NCBI GenBank assembly: GCA_032718475.1
Contig: JAUCBJ010002031.1
Location: 1 to 46,201 of the forward strand
Source of the DNA: Nemertoderma westbladi
Taxonomy: Eukaryota > Animalia > Xenacoelomorpha
Direction: 5' to 3'
Length of the DNA: 46,201 nt
Below, in pieces: positions 12,318-25,237 of this stretch. A program made the position numbers and the translations under genes. The notes under the pieces were generated by a model, which ran no database searches, was not told the origin of the DNA, and worked only from the letters and a program-made list of their open reading frames with translations. Numbering within the stretch: position 1 is the stretch's first letter; each line of letters starts with the position of its first letter.

Positions 12318-12520
12318 GTACTGGCAACTAACGCTGCCGCTGGTGAATGCCTACCACTTCATCCGTTCGTATAAAGATAAGTGCTTTCAAATAACTATAT
12401 TAATATTTATAGCCCCCCTCCCCACACCCCCAGCCGCCACGACGTTCAGTTACTACTTTTGTCTTGGTGCGATAAATGTAACCCGCTGTAATAGTAATGT
12501 TAATTAAATATTAAACTAAC

Positions 12521-12694
12521 CAATTCGAAATACCCCGATGGCTAGAAGATAGGTGAGGTTAAAACGAAACATAGCCACGAACCCTTCGTTGGGGCAACTC
12601 TCCAAATAATTATCTAACTGAGATAATACGTCGGTTTCATCAATTGTTTCTTCCAAACTAGATAAGAACCTGTTAAGCTGTTCTCTAACGCAAC
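12521..12694 (-). pseudogene. DDE-transposase-like gene, internal 174-bp exon (not in the ORF track)
   Basis: TTTTCTTAG| acceptor and |GTTAGT donor, phase 1 at both ends, stop-free: CVREQLNRFLSS...NLTYLLAIGVFRIG. Confidence 0.75.
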
Positions 12695-13326
12695 CTAAGA
12701 AAACAATTTATTACACAATGCAACAAAATTACATTTATATCTGGTAGAATGGGACGGTGGGTGAAAAAGCCGCTAACTTACAGTATAGTACTTTTGTTCA
12801 ATACTACATTGCGGTGCAGTTTCAATTAATGGTTATAGGTTATACTTACAAAAAATATGTTAACTAATTTGGGGAAGGTTGCTTTACTTACACTATTTGT
12901 GACAAACCCTGTGACCAATGCAAATAACGGAGCACTTTGACAGCAAGTGAAAAATATGTTCTTCAGTGCAAATTGACCGCAAGAGAAATAAAGTTTTGTT
13001 TATTGTTTTGGTTAGAAAATGTCAACACAGTAACCTGTTCCTTTCACTTAGTAATTTTAATTAAATTTAATAATATTATAGGCTACACCACTGCACCTAC
13101 TGTAAGTGTGATATGTAGGGTAGGTAGTGCTGCAAACTGAAATAATATTTTACTTGTTTCGGTTTCAGTGATAATAAAAATATTCATTTCAATTCAAATT
13201 TCAGTTCCAGCTCCCAGAAAATAATAATTTCAGTTTCATTTTAAATTTTTAGTTCACAAAAATTACCAAAAACAATTTCAGGTCAGTTTTAGTTCGCAGC
13301 TCTAAGGTAGGTACACGTACACTTAC

Positions 13327-13588
13327 CAGTGAGTACCTCTGTTATAGATTCCCACGCTTTGTGGTGACCCGATGTATCCTTAAAATAAGCTGCGGCCTTA
13401 TCGGATTCGAACCCACAGTCCTCGGCAAATTGTTGAAACTGGAGATCCCATGAAGCTCCAATGGCGGCCTTCATCATGATCTTCTCCATGTGGGCATATC
13501 CAGGCACTAATAAAAGTTTCTTCACCCAGTCAGGATGGTCACTTAGCAAGTTTAAGGCAAGGGACATAGGACTCCCATCCATTACCAT
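13327..13588 (-). pseudogene. DDE-transposase-like gene, 3' half of the exon split by the Sola insertion
   Basis: MVMDGSP...LVPGYAHMEK...GHHKAWESI; donor ACTG|GTAAGT at 13327. Rejoins 38994-40250 in frame as REWVA|MVMDG. Confidence 0.75.
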
Positions 13589-14069
13589 AGCCCGGCCCTT
13601 ATATTCCAAAACCGTGTATCTCAATTTTTGGCATTTTGAGAAAATGGCCAAAAACCATTCCGGTTTTTTATGGTTATTCATTTTAAATTCTTACTGGGAT
13701 TAATTCGGGAAATTTCCATATTAATATTCAATATAGGGTAAACACATGTGCCAAATCCACCTGAGGCAAAATTAAGGCATGAAAATAAAGGGAAATATGT
13801 TAAAAACACCATAGTACACCGATAGTACACCATAGCAGGTATTGGTCAATATACTTGCGCCGCAAACATGTAACTTTTTTTGGATCAAAATCGGCTAACT
13901 CATTTTTTATTCTTCAAAACCAGCTATCTTTTATATTTTATTTTTTAACAAAACCGTTTATCTCTATGTTTGAATTAGACTTTTATTTTATTAATTAATA
14001 ATTACCATTAATATTGAAAACCATTAACTAATAAACTACAATTTGTGGTAAGGGAATAAAATAAAATGA

Positions 14070-14412
14070 ACAGTCAGTTTAATGTAACGATCAGTTTAAT
14101 ACATAGATCGGTTTTATACAAATATGAGTTTAATATATACTGTAGATCAGTTATATACAAATATGAGTTTAATAATAGATCGGTTTATACAAATATGAGT
14201 TTAATACATAGAGCAGTTTTATACAAAGATGAGATTAATACATAGATAAGATTTAATGATCAGTTTTTACAATTATGATGAGTTTATAGCGATCAGTTTA
14301 ATACAATTTATAGTTAATTAAACAGTTCAGTTTAAACAAATATGAGTTTAATACATTGATCCGTTTTATAGAATAATGAGTTTAATAAATCGATAAGTTG
14401 TATTCAATACAG
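14070..14412. repeat. Degenerate ~33-bp tandem repeat in the Sola 3' arm
   Basis: atacaaatatgagtttaatacatagatcggtttt-like units. Confidence 0.7.
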
Positions 14413-14459
14413 ATCTACTCATTAGCTAAAGAGTGATCGTAGCCACTATTAAGGTCTGT

Positions 14460-15053
14460 TTATGATTGTTTCGATGTCATCGATAACCAGAAAGACGATC
14501 TGTTTCCTGGCATGAGATTAACAAGTTTCTTTAGGATAATCTCCTTCTTTGCTGTGTTAATTCCCCGTACACCTTCTTTCTTCTGTGGAATTTCTGGCTG
14601 ATACCTCTCTTGAAGGAATTCTACACACTTCTCTGCTTCTTTGAAGTCTCTTTTATAACCATCTTGCGACACCCTTTGTTAAATCTCACCTGGACTACCT
14701 CTGTAATATAGGGAAGCGCCTCTTTCAGCTTCTTGGAATACGTTAGTTTCTTCAACCACTTGTGGAATTCCGGGGTTAATACAACCAAATATTTTCTACT
14801 GTTGGCCATAACCATAGTGACGTATTTCAAATCATACATTGCTGGTTGTCTTTTAATACTCCTCTCTATATTTCCATGAACCGAATCGGCTAACATGTCC
14901 CTTGGTGAGGTACTTCAATGTGATTGACTGTGGCCCCCCTGTGGCATTGACAATCGCTACACATGCGCCAAAGAGCAACCGTTTTTATTTTGACCCGTAC
15001 AATTATCCAGCCAAAATATAAACTCTTTGGAATCCTGCTCTTCTCTGATGATC
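14460..15053 (-). pseudogene. Sola-type transposase, C-terminal part with frameshifts
   Basis: FIFWLDNCTGQNKN, KYLTKGH..MLADSVHGNIE, GINTAKKEII. Continues across the BEL insertion from 31811-31878. Confidence 0.8.
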
Positions 15054-16203
15054 TGTTACGGTATATGGCGCTGTATCCACAGTATTAGTCCATTATGCAG
15101 TATGCAGTATTAGTCCATTATGCAGTATGCAGTATTAGTCCGTTATACTGTACGTAATATTAGTCCGTTGTGCAGTATAATTATTTAGATAAGGCGCAGT
15201 GTGGTGACATTTAGGTAAGGAAGTTAAAACGCCCATATATTTTGCATCCATTCATTTTGTATAGTATGTAGCCCTACCTACGTAATTTTGTATTAGGATA
15301 TATGTAGATAGTTCCAGGGTAGCGAGTTTACTCGGACCCTGGATTTTGTGCTTGCTGATATTAGTTTGATAGGGCTAGCATATAGGGACGCTGTCCTGGC
15401 CATTCAGCAGCCAGAGACGTGATCCATTACCATATATGGTAATAATTTGAGGGCATAGGGCTACAATCTGGTCTCCTTATTGGATTAACTGCTTCCAGGT
15501 TGGTTTAATGCTAGCATGGACTGGAGAGCCAATGGGAGAGCGATTGAGTCACCTTATTGCATCACCCCATCCGGATCACCTATAAATTGGCGGTGTGCCG
15601 GTAGGGCCTTTGTTGTTCATATATTTGTTCATATGTTCATGCTTTATCACATGACACACCCCTGTTACAATTTACTTGCTGAGCTGTCTCTAATTTTGTA
15701 TTAGGATATCGTATTTTCTGCAATTTGCTAATTTTGATTAATTTCTTGGAATGATTTACTAGTGCGATTACTTTGCTTGTGTTTCTCAATAATTCCTTCG
15801 ATTACTGCAAATTACAATCGAACTATGATTTCTACCTTTGATTGATGGTTCTATGTGATTCTTTTCTGCGCAATAATCCCAAGGGATTCCTGAGACTGTC
15901 AGACTTTGTGATTTGCATGCGCCGCTACGGTAGCTATTAGCATAATGAAGGGCTAAGGTGCCAGTGGGCGGTGGGCACATCGGGGGGTTGAGCGACTAGG
16001 GAGAGCGGAGGATTCAAAAGCGGGCGACGCTGGCGGGGGTCAACGTTGCGGTCGGGCGATTTGGACTGTAGGTTGGAGACCGCTCGCTGGTACAGTAATT
16101 AGGGGGCTGATGATCCAGGTTTTGTCTCTATTTAGTATTAGGGGGCAGGAATTGGGTTAGTTAGGAAGCCTAGATGTACCCGGGAGGGGCCTGCATACCT
16201 TAC

Positions 16204-16234
<31 letters not shown>

Positions 16235-17252
16235 TGCGAGTAAGTAGATTGCGAATTAGTCAATTGCGAATTATTATGTTGCGAATTATATAATTGCAGA
16301 TTGTATAATTGCAAGTCGTGCTATTGTGATCTGTGATTGCTGACGCTGATTGGTGTGTTACTAAAGTGTGCCTATGATTACGAATGCTTAGATAGGCGCT
16401 CTTTTCCCTTTGATTGATTCTATCTCTTAGTTTACCGTAAATAATTACTGATTAGGTCAAAGTAATACAGTATTTTAGGCTGTTACATATTTGTGACTGT
16501 AATTAATTAGTAAAATTAAGAATTAGTACGCAGCATAGCGGAGAGTAGCTAAGGTAATAATTTAGAGTACCGTAAACTATTCACGCTAAGCGGTTATTTG
16601 CATTAGCGGGCAATAAGCTAGATCGCAGTAGTCAGTACGCAAGACACTAGTAAGTTGCTGGCCTAAAGCCAGCTGCAGGCAAGTTTAGACCCAGAGCGGT
16701 ATCACCTACGAAAGACATTGTACTGTACCAATTTTGATTATTTTAAATATTCTCGCATTCACACATTCCGTTAGGGAACCCTCAGTATTCGCGATTAGAA
16801 AAGACGTAAGCATTGGCGTATTTCAGTAGTAAAATTAGGCGTAAGAATATACTCTGAGTGCAAAGCCCCTCGCACTCGTCTTAAGTAAGCTTAGGGAGCC
16901 GACTCGGGTTTATTGTTTTGGTTATTCCCGCGTGGCTCATAGATTCGAACAGTTAGCTCTCTATCGAGCGATCGGTAGAGAAAGGAACAAGCGATTTTGC
17001 AGGAGTTGTGTAAATTTAGTAAAATATATTAGCGGACGGCAGATTAGCGCCATCCAACGGTAAGTAGCGGTTTTGTATTTAGCAACCCTTACAATTTAGT
17101 AATAGCACACTCCTGATCCCCTTTACTTAACAGTAGAGCAGTCTTTGTGTCTTATTGGTTAGGCGAGAGCTCATTAGGTTGGCAGAGAGGTATACGGGTA
17201 TTTGTCTGTTCAACAGTTCTGCTGTTAGTATAGGTGTCGCGGTTGTTTATCA
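15054..17252 (+). repeat. 5' LTR (2199 bp)
   Basis: Matches 29612-31810; the only mismatch noticed is G16770 vs A31328. Contains 25-bp tandem units near the start and (GTAA)n at ~16205-16233. Confidence 0.97.
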
Positions 17253-18358
17253 GTAAGGTATGTTTTGTTTGCTGTAGGCTGTAGCGTACAGTAGAACATT
17301 GAGTATATTCTTTTAGGCTGCTAGTTTAGATTACTGTATTCACTGGTTGCGTACGATAGTACAGTAGTACATTAGGCTGATTGCTGTTACTGCGTACGGT
17401 AGAAGGACATTTGTTTGCCGTACCACACACACAGTATCATTAGGCTGTTAGGTTGGTGTACTGTTTTACTTACTGTACTGCGTACAGTGGATGTACGGTA
17501 GTGCGTTTTTACTAATTGCGAATGCAGCAGTTCCTTACACCTTAGGCCTTAGGGCAAATTGTAATTAGTAAGTTTTTTGAAAATTTTAGCTAGGTTTGCG
17601 AGAATTCAGTTTCGGTCAAAATTATTTGTAAAATTCTAGAGTTTTGTACCGGTATGTTAGGTAACCGCTTAGTTATTTTATACCATCTGGAGATACATGG
17701 CAAGACGGAACTTCTGAGTTTGGGGTTCGTGTGGGTCTGCGGGTTCGGTTTGCAATCAGCGAAGGGCCTGAATCTTTGGACGCGGACGTGGAATCTCACA
17801 GCAAACAAGGTTAGTTGTTCTGTTGGCACCGGTGTGTTTGTGGAAGCAGTAAAAAATTATCGGTTGTTTAACTGCGAAGCTGAACTCAATTTATTAGTTA
17901 GGCTGTTAGGATATTTAGGTTTAGCCGGCCATGGTTTTTTGAATCGCTCAAGTTAGAGAGAGAGTTAGAGAGAGTCGCAACCCGAAGATGTAGCCACGCG
18001 CTAGTGGATACATATAATATTTGAAATTAAAATTACGTTGATTAGAGCTATATATAAAATTAGAAATATTCGGGCGGCAAGTTTATTTTGAATATTTTGT
18101 ATTAGATTCAAAGTTATTTTGTGCTATACCGGTATTTAATACTATATAGTAGCTATATAATAATATTTTTGTTTAAATATTGTGCTAGTATTTGCTATAA
18201 CTATACCCCATTAAATTCACAATATTGCATTGCGAATTTATTTGACATTTGGACCAACTGATTATTTGACAATTAATTTGACCGTATTTCGGTTAAATTA
18301 TAATTATATCTCGAACTTTTGCGAGATATTTTGCCGGAAGGCAAACATTATTTAGACT

Positions 18359-21300
18359 ATGAGTGTCTCAGACAAAGAGGCACTAGAGGACAGCTATGAG
18401 ACGGCGGCTGGACCGCCGACTGACGATAGCGTAAATATTACTGTTGATGACAATGCCGACTATGACGACGCAGCGAGCGACGCTGACGTAAGTGAACAGG
18501 AGGACGAGACAGTGACTAGTGAGGAAGAACAACAACCTCAAGTAATAGTATTAGGATCCCCTACCGCTACTGTAAGGAAGGATTGTACAGCAACCCGGAC
18601 AGAGGTGAGTGATAGGGAGGGTAGTGTAGCAGAAGCGAGAGCCCGGAGCCCGGTTTCCAGACCTGTGGGTATGGTAAGTGCCGTGGTCCCGACGGCTGTA
18701 AGGAGTACCCGTAGTTCCCGAAATAATCCTTCAAGTCCACCGAGTGTAAGTCAGGTAAGTGATAGAGAGTTCGACATCGCGATAAAGAAGAAACTTCGCG
18801 CGCATGCCGGACATATAACTCGGACGGCGGACAAGGTAAGGAAGATGTTAGCTGATTCAGCCAACATCGGGAGGGTAGAGTTAGTAGAGATTAGAAGATG
18901 ATATAACTCAGCGTTATTCAAGCAGACGGAGGAGCTTGCAGTCCTAGCGAAGAAGGCAGTAGAGTCTCAGTCGAGCGACGTGGCGACGAGGATTTACGAC
19001 AGGGTTTTAGCAGCCTTGTTGGAGCACCGCGAGTTATCGGAGCAATTCCGACGAGTTAGGACGGAGAACTGGCTGCTACGGACATCACAAGCGCAGGCGA
19101 CTCAAGTGAGTGACGCAGAGTTGAGAGAGTTAGTGGAGCGAGAAGAGATCCAAGACAAGGAGGAGCGCAGGTATCAAAGGGAAGTTACTAGCTGGCTGAT
19201 GCAGAATGGAGTGGTGGTACCAGGCCAGGTGCTACCGACGACGGAGAACATCCAACAGAGGACGTTGACTCCACCCGACGACGCATCCAGAGACAGCGGC
19301 GATTCCCAGGTTAGTCACGCGCGAGGGAAGGTTATTTGTGCTAGATCCCTTGTTTCTCACAACTCGGCGGAGGAGAGAAGATGCCAACTGGACGAACAAC
19401 AGGCGGAAGTTTTGCGTGCATCGGAAGCACGGAAGGAAGCCGAGCGGGAACGGGAGCGCACACGTAAGTTAGACGCAAAGTTGCGAGAGTTGGAAGAGAA
19501 AGGTAAGCGCGAGCAAGCGGAACGCGAACGCAAGGAACACGAACTCAAGCTTGAACGCGAACGCAAGGAACGCGAACTCCAGCTCGAACGCGAACAAAAG
19601 GAATATGAACTTCAACTCGAACACGAGCGCAAAGAACGCGAACTCGAGATCGAGAAGGAGCGACGGGCGTTGTATGAAGAGAAGGCGCGGGTGGAAGAAG
19701 AGAGCGCAGCGAGACGAGCGAGGGAAGAAGAAGAACGTAAACTGGCGCAGTTGGAAAGTGCGAGATTAAGTTTAGAGAGCGAAGAACGGACTAGGAAGGC
19801 GAATGAAATCGCCGAGAAGGGGATGCGAATGATCGAAGAATGTGGGGCGAGTGTAGGGACCGAGTTGCGAGAACTGTTCGCACTGCAGAAGGCCGAACAG
19901 GAAGCGAGAACTCCGACCATACGCGAGTCGACGACGACCAGAATTCCTATACCCGGTCCAGCTATTACGAGTACACGGATCGCTAAACCATTCTCTACAT
20001 ATCGCACGCCAGTTGGTATTAGTGCTTCACCTATCGCGCAGAATCCACGGCATCAGAACACCGCACCACTATACACCGAACGCGACAACGAAGAATTTAG
20101 AGAAGAAACTCCGACGGGCCGAGTATTGGGCGAACCGAACCCGCGGGTTTGGAATATGCGGACGGAGCGCCGACCCAGTTCGACGGAGAACTTCCGGGTT
20201 AAACCGGAAGAGGGATCATATGAGAGACAGCGGATTACTCAGATAGAGCCGACTATACAACAGAACCCTAGCCAGGAATTTATTACGAGGGATGAGTTAA
20301 GTGCTAGTTTAGCGCAAGCTATATCGCCGCACATCCAACCTATAACGGACATGCTTAGCAACCTACGGTTAAAGGAAGCAGCCCAGGTAAGAAGTAATTC
20401 TAATCCTAGCAGGCCTGAGTTAGATAAAGTCCAGCCTAGTCAACGAGTACGCATATCGGAGGAGACTATACCACATAGACCTCAGGTAAGGACGCCTGTC
20501 CCGAATATTCATAATCCCAACTTCGAAAATTCGGCCGAGAAATTTATTGAGGAGGCTTGGATCAGGGCCTCGGCGCGCAAACCATCGCGAGCGCTAAGGA
20601 CTGACACCGAGTCAAGCGATGAAGAGGAAGAAATGAGACGTCAGAAGTCCCGAAACTATAAGGAAAGAAGGACGGACGCGGAGCAGGTAAGTTGGAACCA
20701 CCGGGAAAGGACCAGACTTAACAACCCTGCGGAACTAAACCATTTGTTAACCCGGAACGACGCAACCCTTAGGGACATAGGTAAGTTTGCTGCTAGGCAA
20801 GGACTGCCGACGCAACAACCCCAGAAGTTTATGGGCAACCATAAGCACTGGAGGACCTTTAAAACCTATGTCGACGAGCAGCTAACCAACAGCACCTTTA
20901 CTCCCAATGAGAAGTTCAACTATTTGCTTCAAATGCTCCATCGAGAACCTAGAGCGATTGCTGATAACTTCGTCGGCAATGAAAGAGCATTCGAGTTAGC
21001 GATGAAGACGCTTAGCGACATCTACGGGAATAAAACCAAGATGGCACAGTCGATAGTAGAAGACTTGGGTAAGGGCGGAAGGATTACAACTCCGTTAGAG
21101 CTGTTGAACTTAGCGAACGCTATTTCGAACGCATTGGACATCTTGAGGACGGTGAATCTACCTCATCATGGTGATCACGCCGAAGTTTTGAAAAGCGTAA
21201 TAAGACGTTTAAACATGCGTTACCGACAGAAATGGCGCAAATTAGAGAATAAGTTGGAGGGCCAAGGTAAAGTATTGACACTTCAGCATATTCATGACAT

Positions 21301-24300
21301 GATAGCCACAGACGCAGTAGCAGAGATGAAATCAAACTTCTCAGAGGAGAATATGAGGGAGTCTAAACCTGTTACCGGTAAGTCTATGGTAAGTTTTGAC
21401 GATGATAGGACCACTGTGACTTATAACTCAGTAGACAGATATAATTCGAGTACCCCAGCCTTTAGATCAGACTCGCGAGTATGGTCAGGTGAGCGGTTAG
21501 ATAGACCTAGGTTAAAGCAACAGGAGTTGCCGGATGGATTTGCAGGTTGCCAATACTGCTTACTAAAGGAGGTAAGATCTGACGACCATAAGTTAGATAG
21601 TTGCAGACGGTTCAAGGAATTAAATTCGGAACAGAGAAGAGTTCAAGTGCGGACGTTGGACACCTGTTGGGCTTGTCTTGCGCCAGGACATGTACGGCGG
21701 CAGTGCCCGAACAGCAAGGACGGATGCATGGAATGCGGCAGACTACATCACAAGTTGCTACATGCGGATTTCCATACCCCAACGGACCGTTACTTACAGC
21801 GAAATCCTCAAAGGAAGGGGAGCAAAGAACCCGTATCGATAAGGAGGAATACGTACACTGGCATCCAGGACGATGGTTACCAACCAGGTTCGTCGGACGA
21901 GGATGGCGAGTCGAGCGCGAGAGAAGTGACCTGCCAAGGTTTCACCGCGGATAGTTCATCGACCAGCGCGCGGACGTATTTATCATCGGCCACGTCGGAA
22001 ATATTTAGCGTGATTCCGGTGAAACTCACCGGCGATAAGGGATCGAAGAGAATATATGTGATGTTGGACACTGCGTCCACATTATCGTATATCGACGAGG
22101 AAGTGGCGAGAGCTGTTTCTAGCTTCCAGAACGCTGAGGAGATCCAAATAGAGTTGAAGTCTATGCACGGGGTAGGAGACCTCAAGGGACACAGAATTTC
22201 GGTAGAACTAGATTCCCTACTTCCGAGAGACCAACACACTCGACAAGAACGGAAAGCTTTGCCATTGGACGGATTTAAGTGTCTAGCTATGAAGGGATTC
22301 GGCAGGCAATTAGGTAAGGTGCCGCCGATGAGTCCCATAGCACAGGAGTATTTTGACAAGCTCAGGATACCCAGACATCAGGTAGGTTATAGGAATGTTT
22401 CTATGTTGATTGGTGCAGAACAGCTGATCGCACACCAAATATGGGAAACGAGACCAGCTGAGCCGCATGTCAATGGACCACATGCCCATAGGACTATATT
22501 AGGTTGGTATACACGAGTACCCATGTCTTATGAGTTTACAGGTGGCGACAAGCCAATAGACAGATACGACGAATTACAGCCTATAACTCAACCACCGTTA
22601 GTAGAACCACCAGACATAGACGAGTTTAGGAGAACCTGTATTGACCACTATAGTGACTTTAGCGAGTCAGACGAGGAGTTGATTCCCGATAATGTTAGGT
22701 TGTCGGAACCACTTCATAATGACCGGACAGATAGTGAACCCGAGGACTACTGTTATCAGACCCGTGGGTCTGGTTCAGCGGCCCACACTACCTATTTGAC
22801 TAACGTTTTGACTTATACTGACATAGTGGAGGGTCAAGTGGCTAAATATCGAGACCTAGACATTTTCCAATACAGTGAGGAGGAATTACAGAAGGAATTG
22901 ATACGCCAGGACCTCGAGACAGGAGCCAGAACCGTCGAATGGCTGGATAGGGACGCAATGGAACCCGGTGGATATGACCTAGCCATGTCTACTGATGAGA
23001 AACGGTCGTTGGAGATGATGGAAGATACCATACGTCTACTACCGACTGGACATTTTGAAGTTGGAATGTTGTGGCGTCGACAACCACCTAAGTTGGAGAA
23101 CAACTACAACTTAGCCTTGAAAAGATTGAACGGAGTAAGGGCTCGGTTGTTGAGGAATCCAGGCATTAGGGAGAAGTATTGCGCCCAGATCAACAACTAT
23201 TTCGCCAAGGGATTTGCTGGGAAGGTAGAGGACCCTGACTTAGTGACAGACCAGACTTATTACCTTCCACACCACTATGTGACTCACCCTGACATGCCAG
23301 ACAAAGTCCGAGTAGTCAACGACTGCGCAGCAGTCTATAGAGGTATGTCCCTGAATTCAGAGTTGATGGATGGTCCCAACCTGAATAACTATTTGATTGG
23401 AATACTGTTGCGTTTTAGACAGCGGCGATTCGCATTTACTTGTGACATCGAGGCGATGTTCCACCAGGTAAGAGCCTGTAAGGCAGACCAGGATAGCCTT
23501 CGCTTTCTCTGGTATGAGAATGAAGACTTATCTGGCCCAGTGGTTACATATCAGATGTACGTTAGGATATTTGGCGCCCGCGATAGTCCGAATGGCACGC
23601 TGTTTGTTCTAAAGAAAACGGCAACAGCCCAGATTGGTAAGTATCCAGTAGAAGTAATCGAGTCTATATTGAGAAACTTCTATATGGACGACGGATTGGT
23701 GTCCAAGGACACGGCGGAACAAGCCATAGAAGTGGCTCACGGCCTGCAGGAGTGCTTGGCTACAGGGGGTTTTCCTCTAACCAAGTTCACTACAAACTCG
23801 GAGGCCCTATTAGAATCGTTCCCGGTAAAAGATCGCGGGAGCGGAGACATAGAATTGGGGGTAGAACCAATTCCCATGGCGCGAGTACTGGGACTCGCTT
23901 GGAATCCGAACTCAGATAAGTTCCAGGTAAGAGTTAGATTTGAGCCCAGTAGCCCAGACAAAGTTTTGACTAAGAGGATTTGCTTATCGACATTGAGTAG
24001 ACTATTTGACCCGATGAACTTTATCAGTCCGGTTATATTACAGGCACGAGCGTGCATGAGGAAAATTTGGTTGTCCGACTTAGAGTGGGACGAACCAATA
24101 TCTCCTATACATGCAAAGCAGTGGAGGGAGTGGGAAGCCGAGTTGCATCTATTGAAAAATATAGATGTACCCCGTTCCTACTTTCCGAATCAGCTGGTAT
24201 TTCCAGCTGATCTCGAACTCCACTTATTCAGTGACGCAAGTGACACCGGCTTTGGTATGGTAGCCTACCTTCGCCGAGAGGTAAGTCAGGACAAATTTGA

Positions 24301-25237
24301 GACGGCCTTTGTGACTTCTAGATCAAAGACAATGCCGGTCAAATACATGACTGTCCCTCGTGCAGAGTTACAGGCGGCTGTAGTTTCGGTCGAGGTAAGT
24401 AAACAAATAATTGAGGAGTTAGACACGACATTGACCTTATTCTATTGGACGGACGCATCCTTGGTGTTAGTATACATTGCGGCCGACAATATTGCACTAA
24501 AGACATTTGTGGCCAATAGACGCGCTCAGATCGTTGATTTTTCGACGAAGGAACAATGGAGACATTGTCCGGGAGTGTTGAACCCGGCCGACATAACTTC
24601 GAGAGGTGCAATGCCGGCGGAATTCTGTCGGGAAGAGTCGCAGGAGTTTTGGTTGCATGGACCTGATTTTCTAACGAGGACACAGGAACATTGGCCAGAG
24701 CGACTAAAGATAGTGACCAATCCGATGCCTGAAGATGCAGAAGTCAAAGTGGAGAAAGTCTCTAAGTCGAAGTCTAAAGCCAAACTTAAGTCATTGGAGC
24801 GGCCTGAAGAGTCATTGGAGCGGCCTGAAGAGTTATTGGAGCGGCCCGGAGACCTGTCAGACCAACAGACTTACGTGACTACTAGGTCAGGAAGGGTAAG
24901 TTACGACGTAAAACCGCCCTTACAGACTAAACCGGAGTCACAATTGGTAAGTGACGGACAGAAAATGACCGACACAATGGATCCTTTGGTTTCCAAACCT
25001 GCGGGTTTGGATTCGAAACTTCCATTAGTTAGCGGACAACCGTCGCTGGCATTAGAGTCATGCAGTGTTTATGACAAATTACTAAATTCGTCTGCCTCTT
25101 GGCTGATAATTTGTAAAAGAACTGCGTGGTTAAGCCGATACGTTTCGTACCTTTGTATAAAATATTCGAAACATTTGAGAGAACCATTGAGCACCAATAG
25201 TGAGCGAATTCGGAAATTGAAACAACCTCTGACATAG
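18359..25237 (+). CDS. BEL Gag-PR-RT-RNase H polyprotein with one in-frame TGA at 18899-18901
   Basis: ORFs 18359 and 18980 share a frame. Coiled-coil E/R/K region, QKFMGN Gag, three knuckles, MLDTAS protease, YYLPHH, DIEAMFHQ, NFYMDD, LFSDAS, FYWTDA, NPADITSRG. Confidence 0.92.

Noticed and set aside
13289-13681. Stand-alone 130-aa gene, and the RPLYSKTVYLDF end of ORF 38955-40250
   Set aside because: These ends are translations of the Sola TIRs; the real frame joins across the insertion.
15516-15980. Short ORFs duplicated at 30074-30538
   Set aside because: They are duplicated only because they lie in the LTRs; no coding evidence.
18899-25237. Programmed readthrough at the BEL TGA (18899) and TAG (25235)
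   Set aside because: Contexts TGA-TAT and TAG-GAT are not known leaky motifs, BEL elements normally have one ORF, and both fit single C>T nonsense changes.
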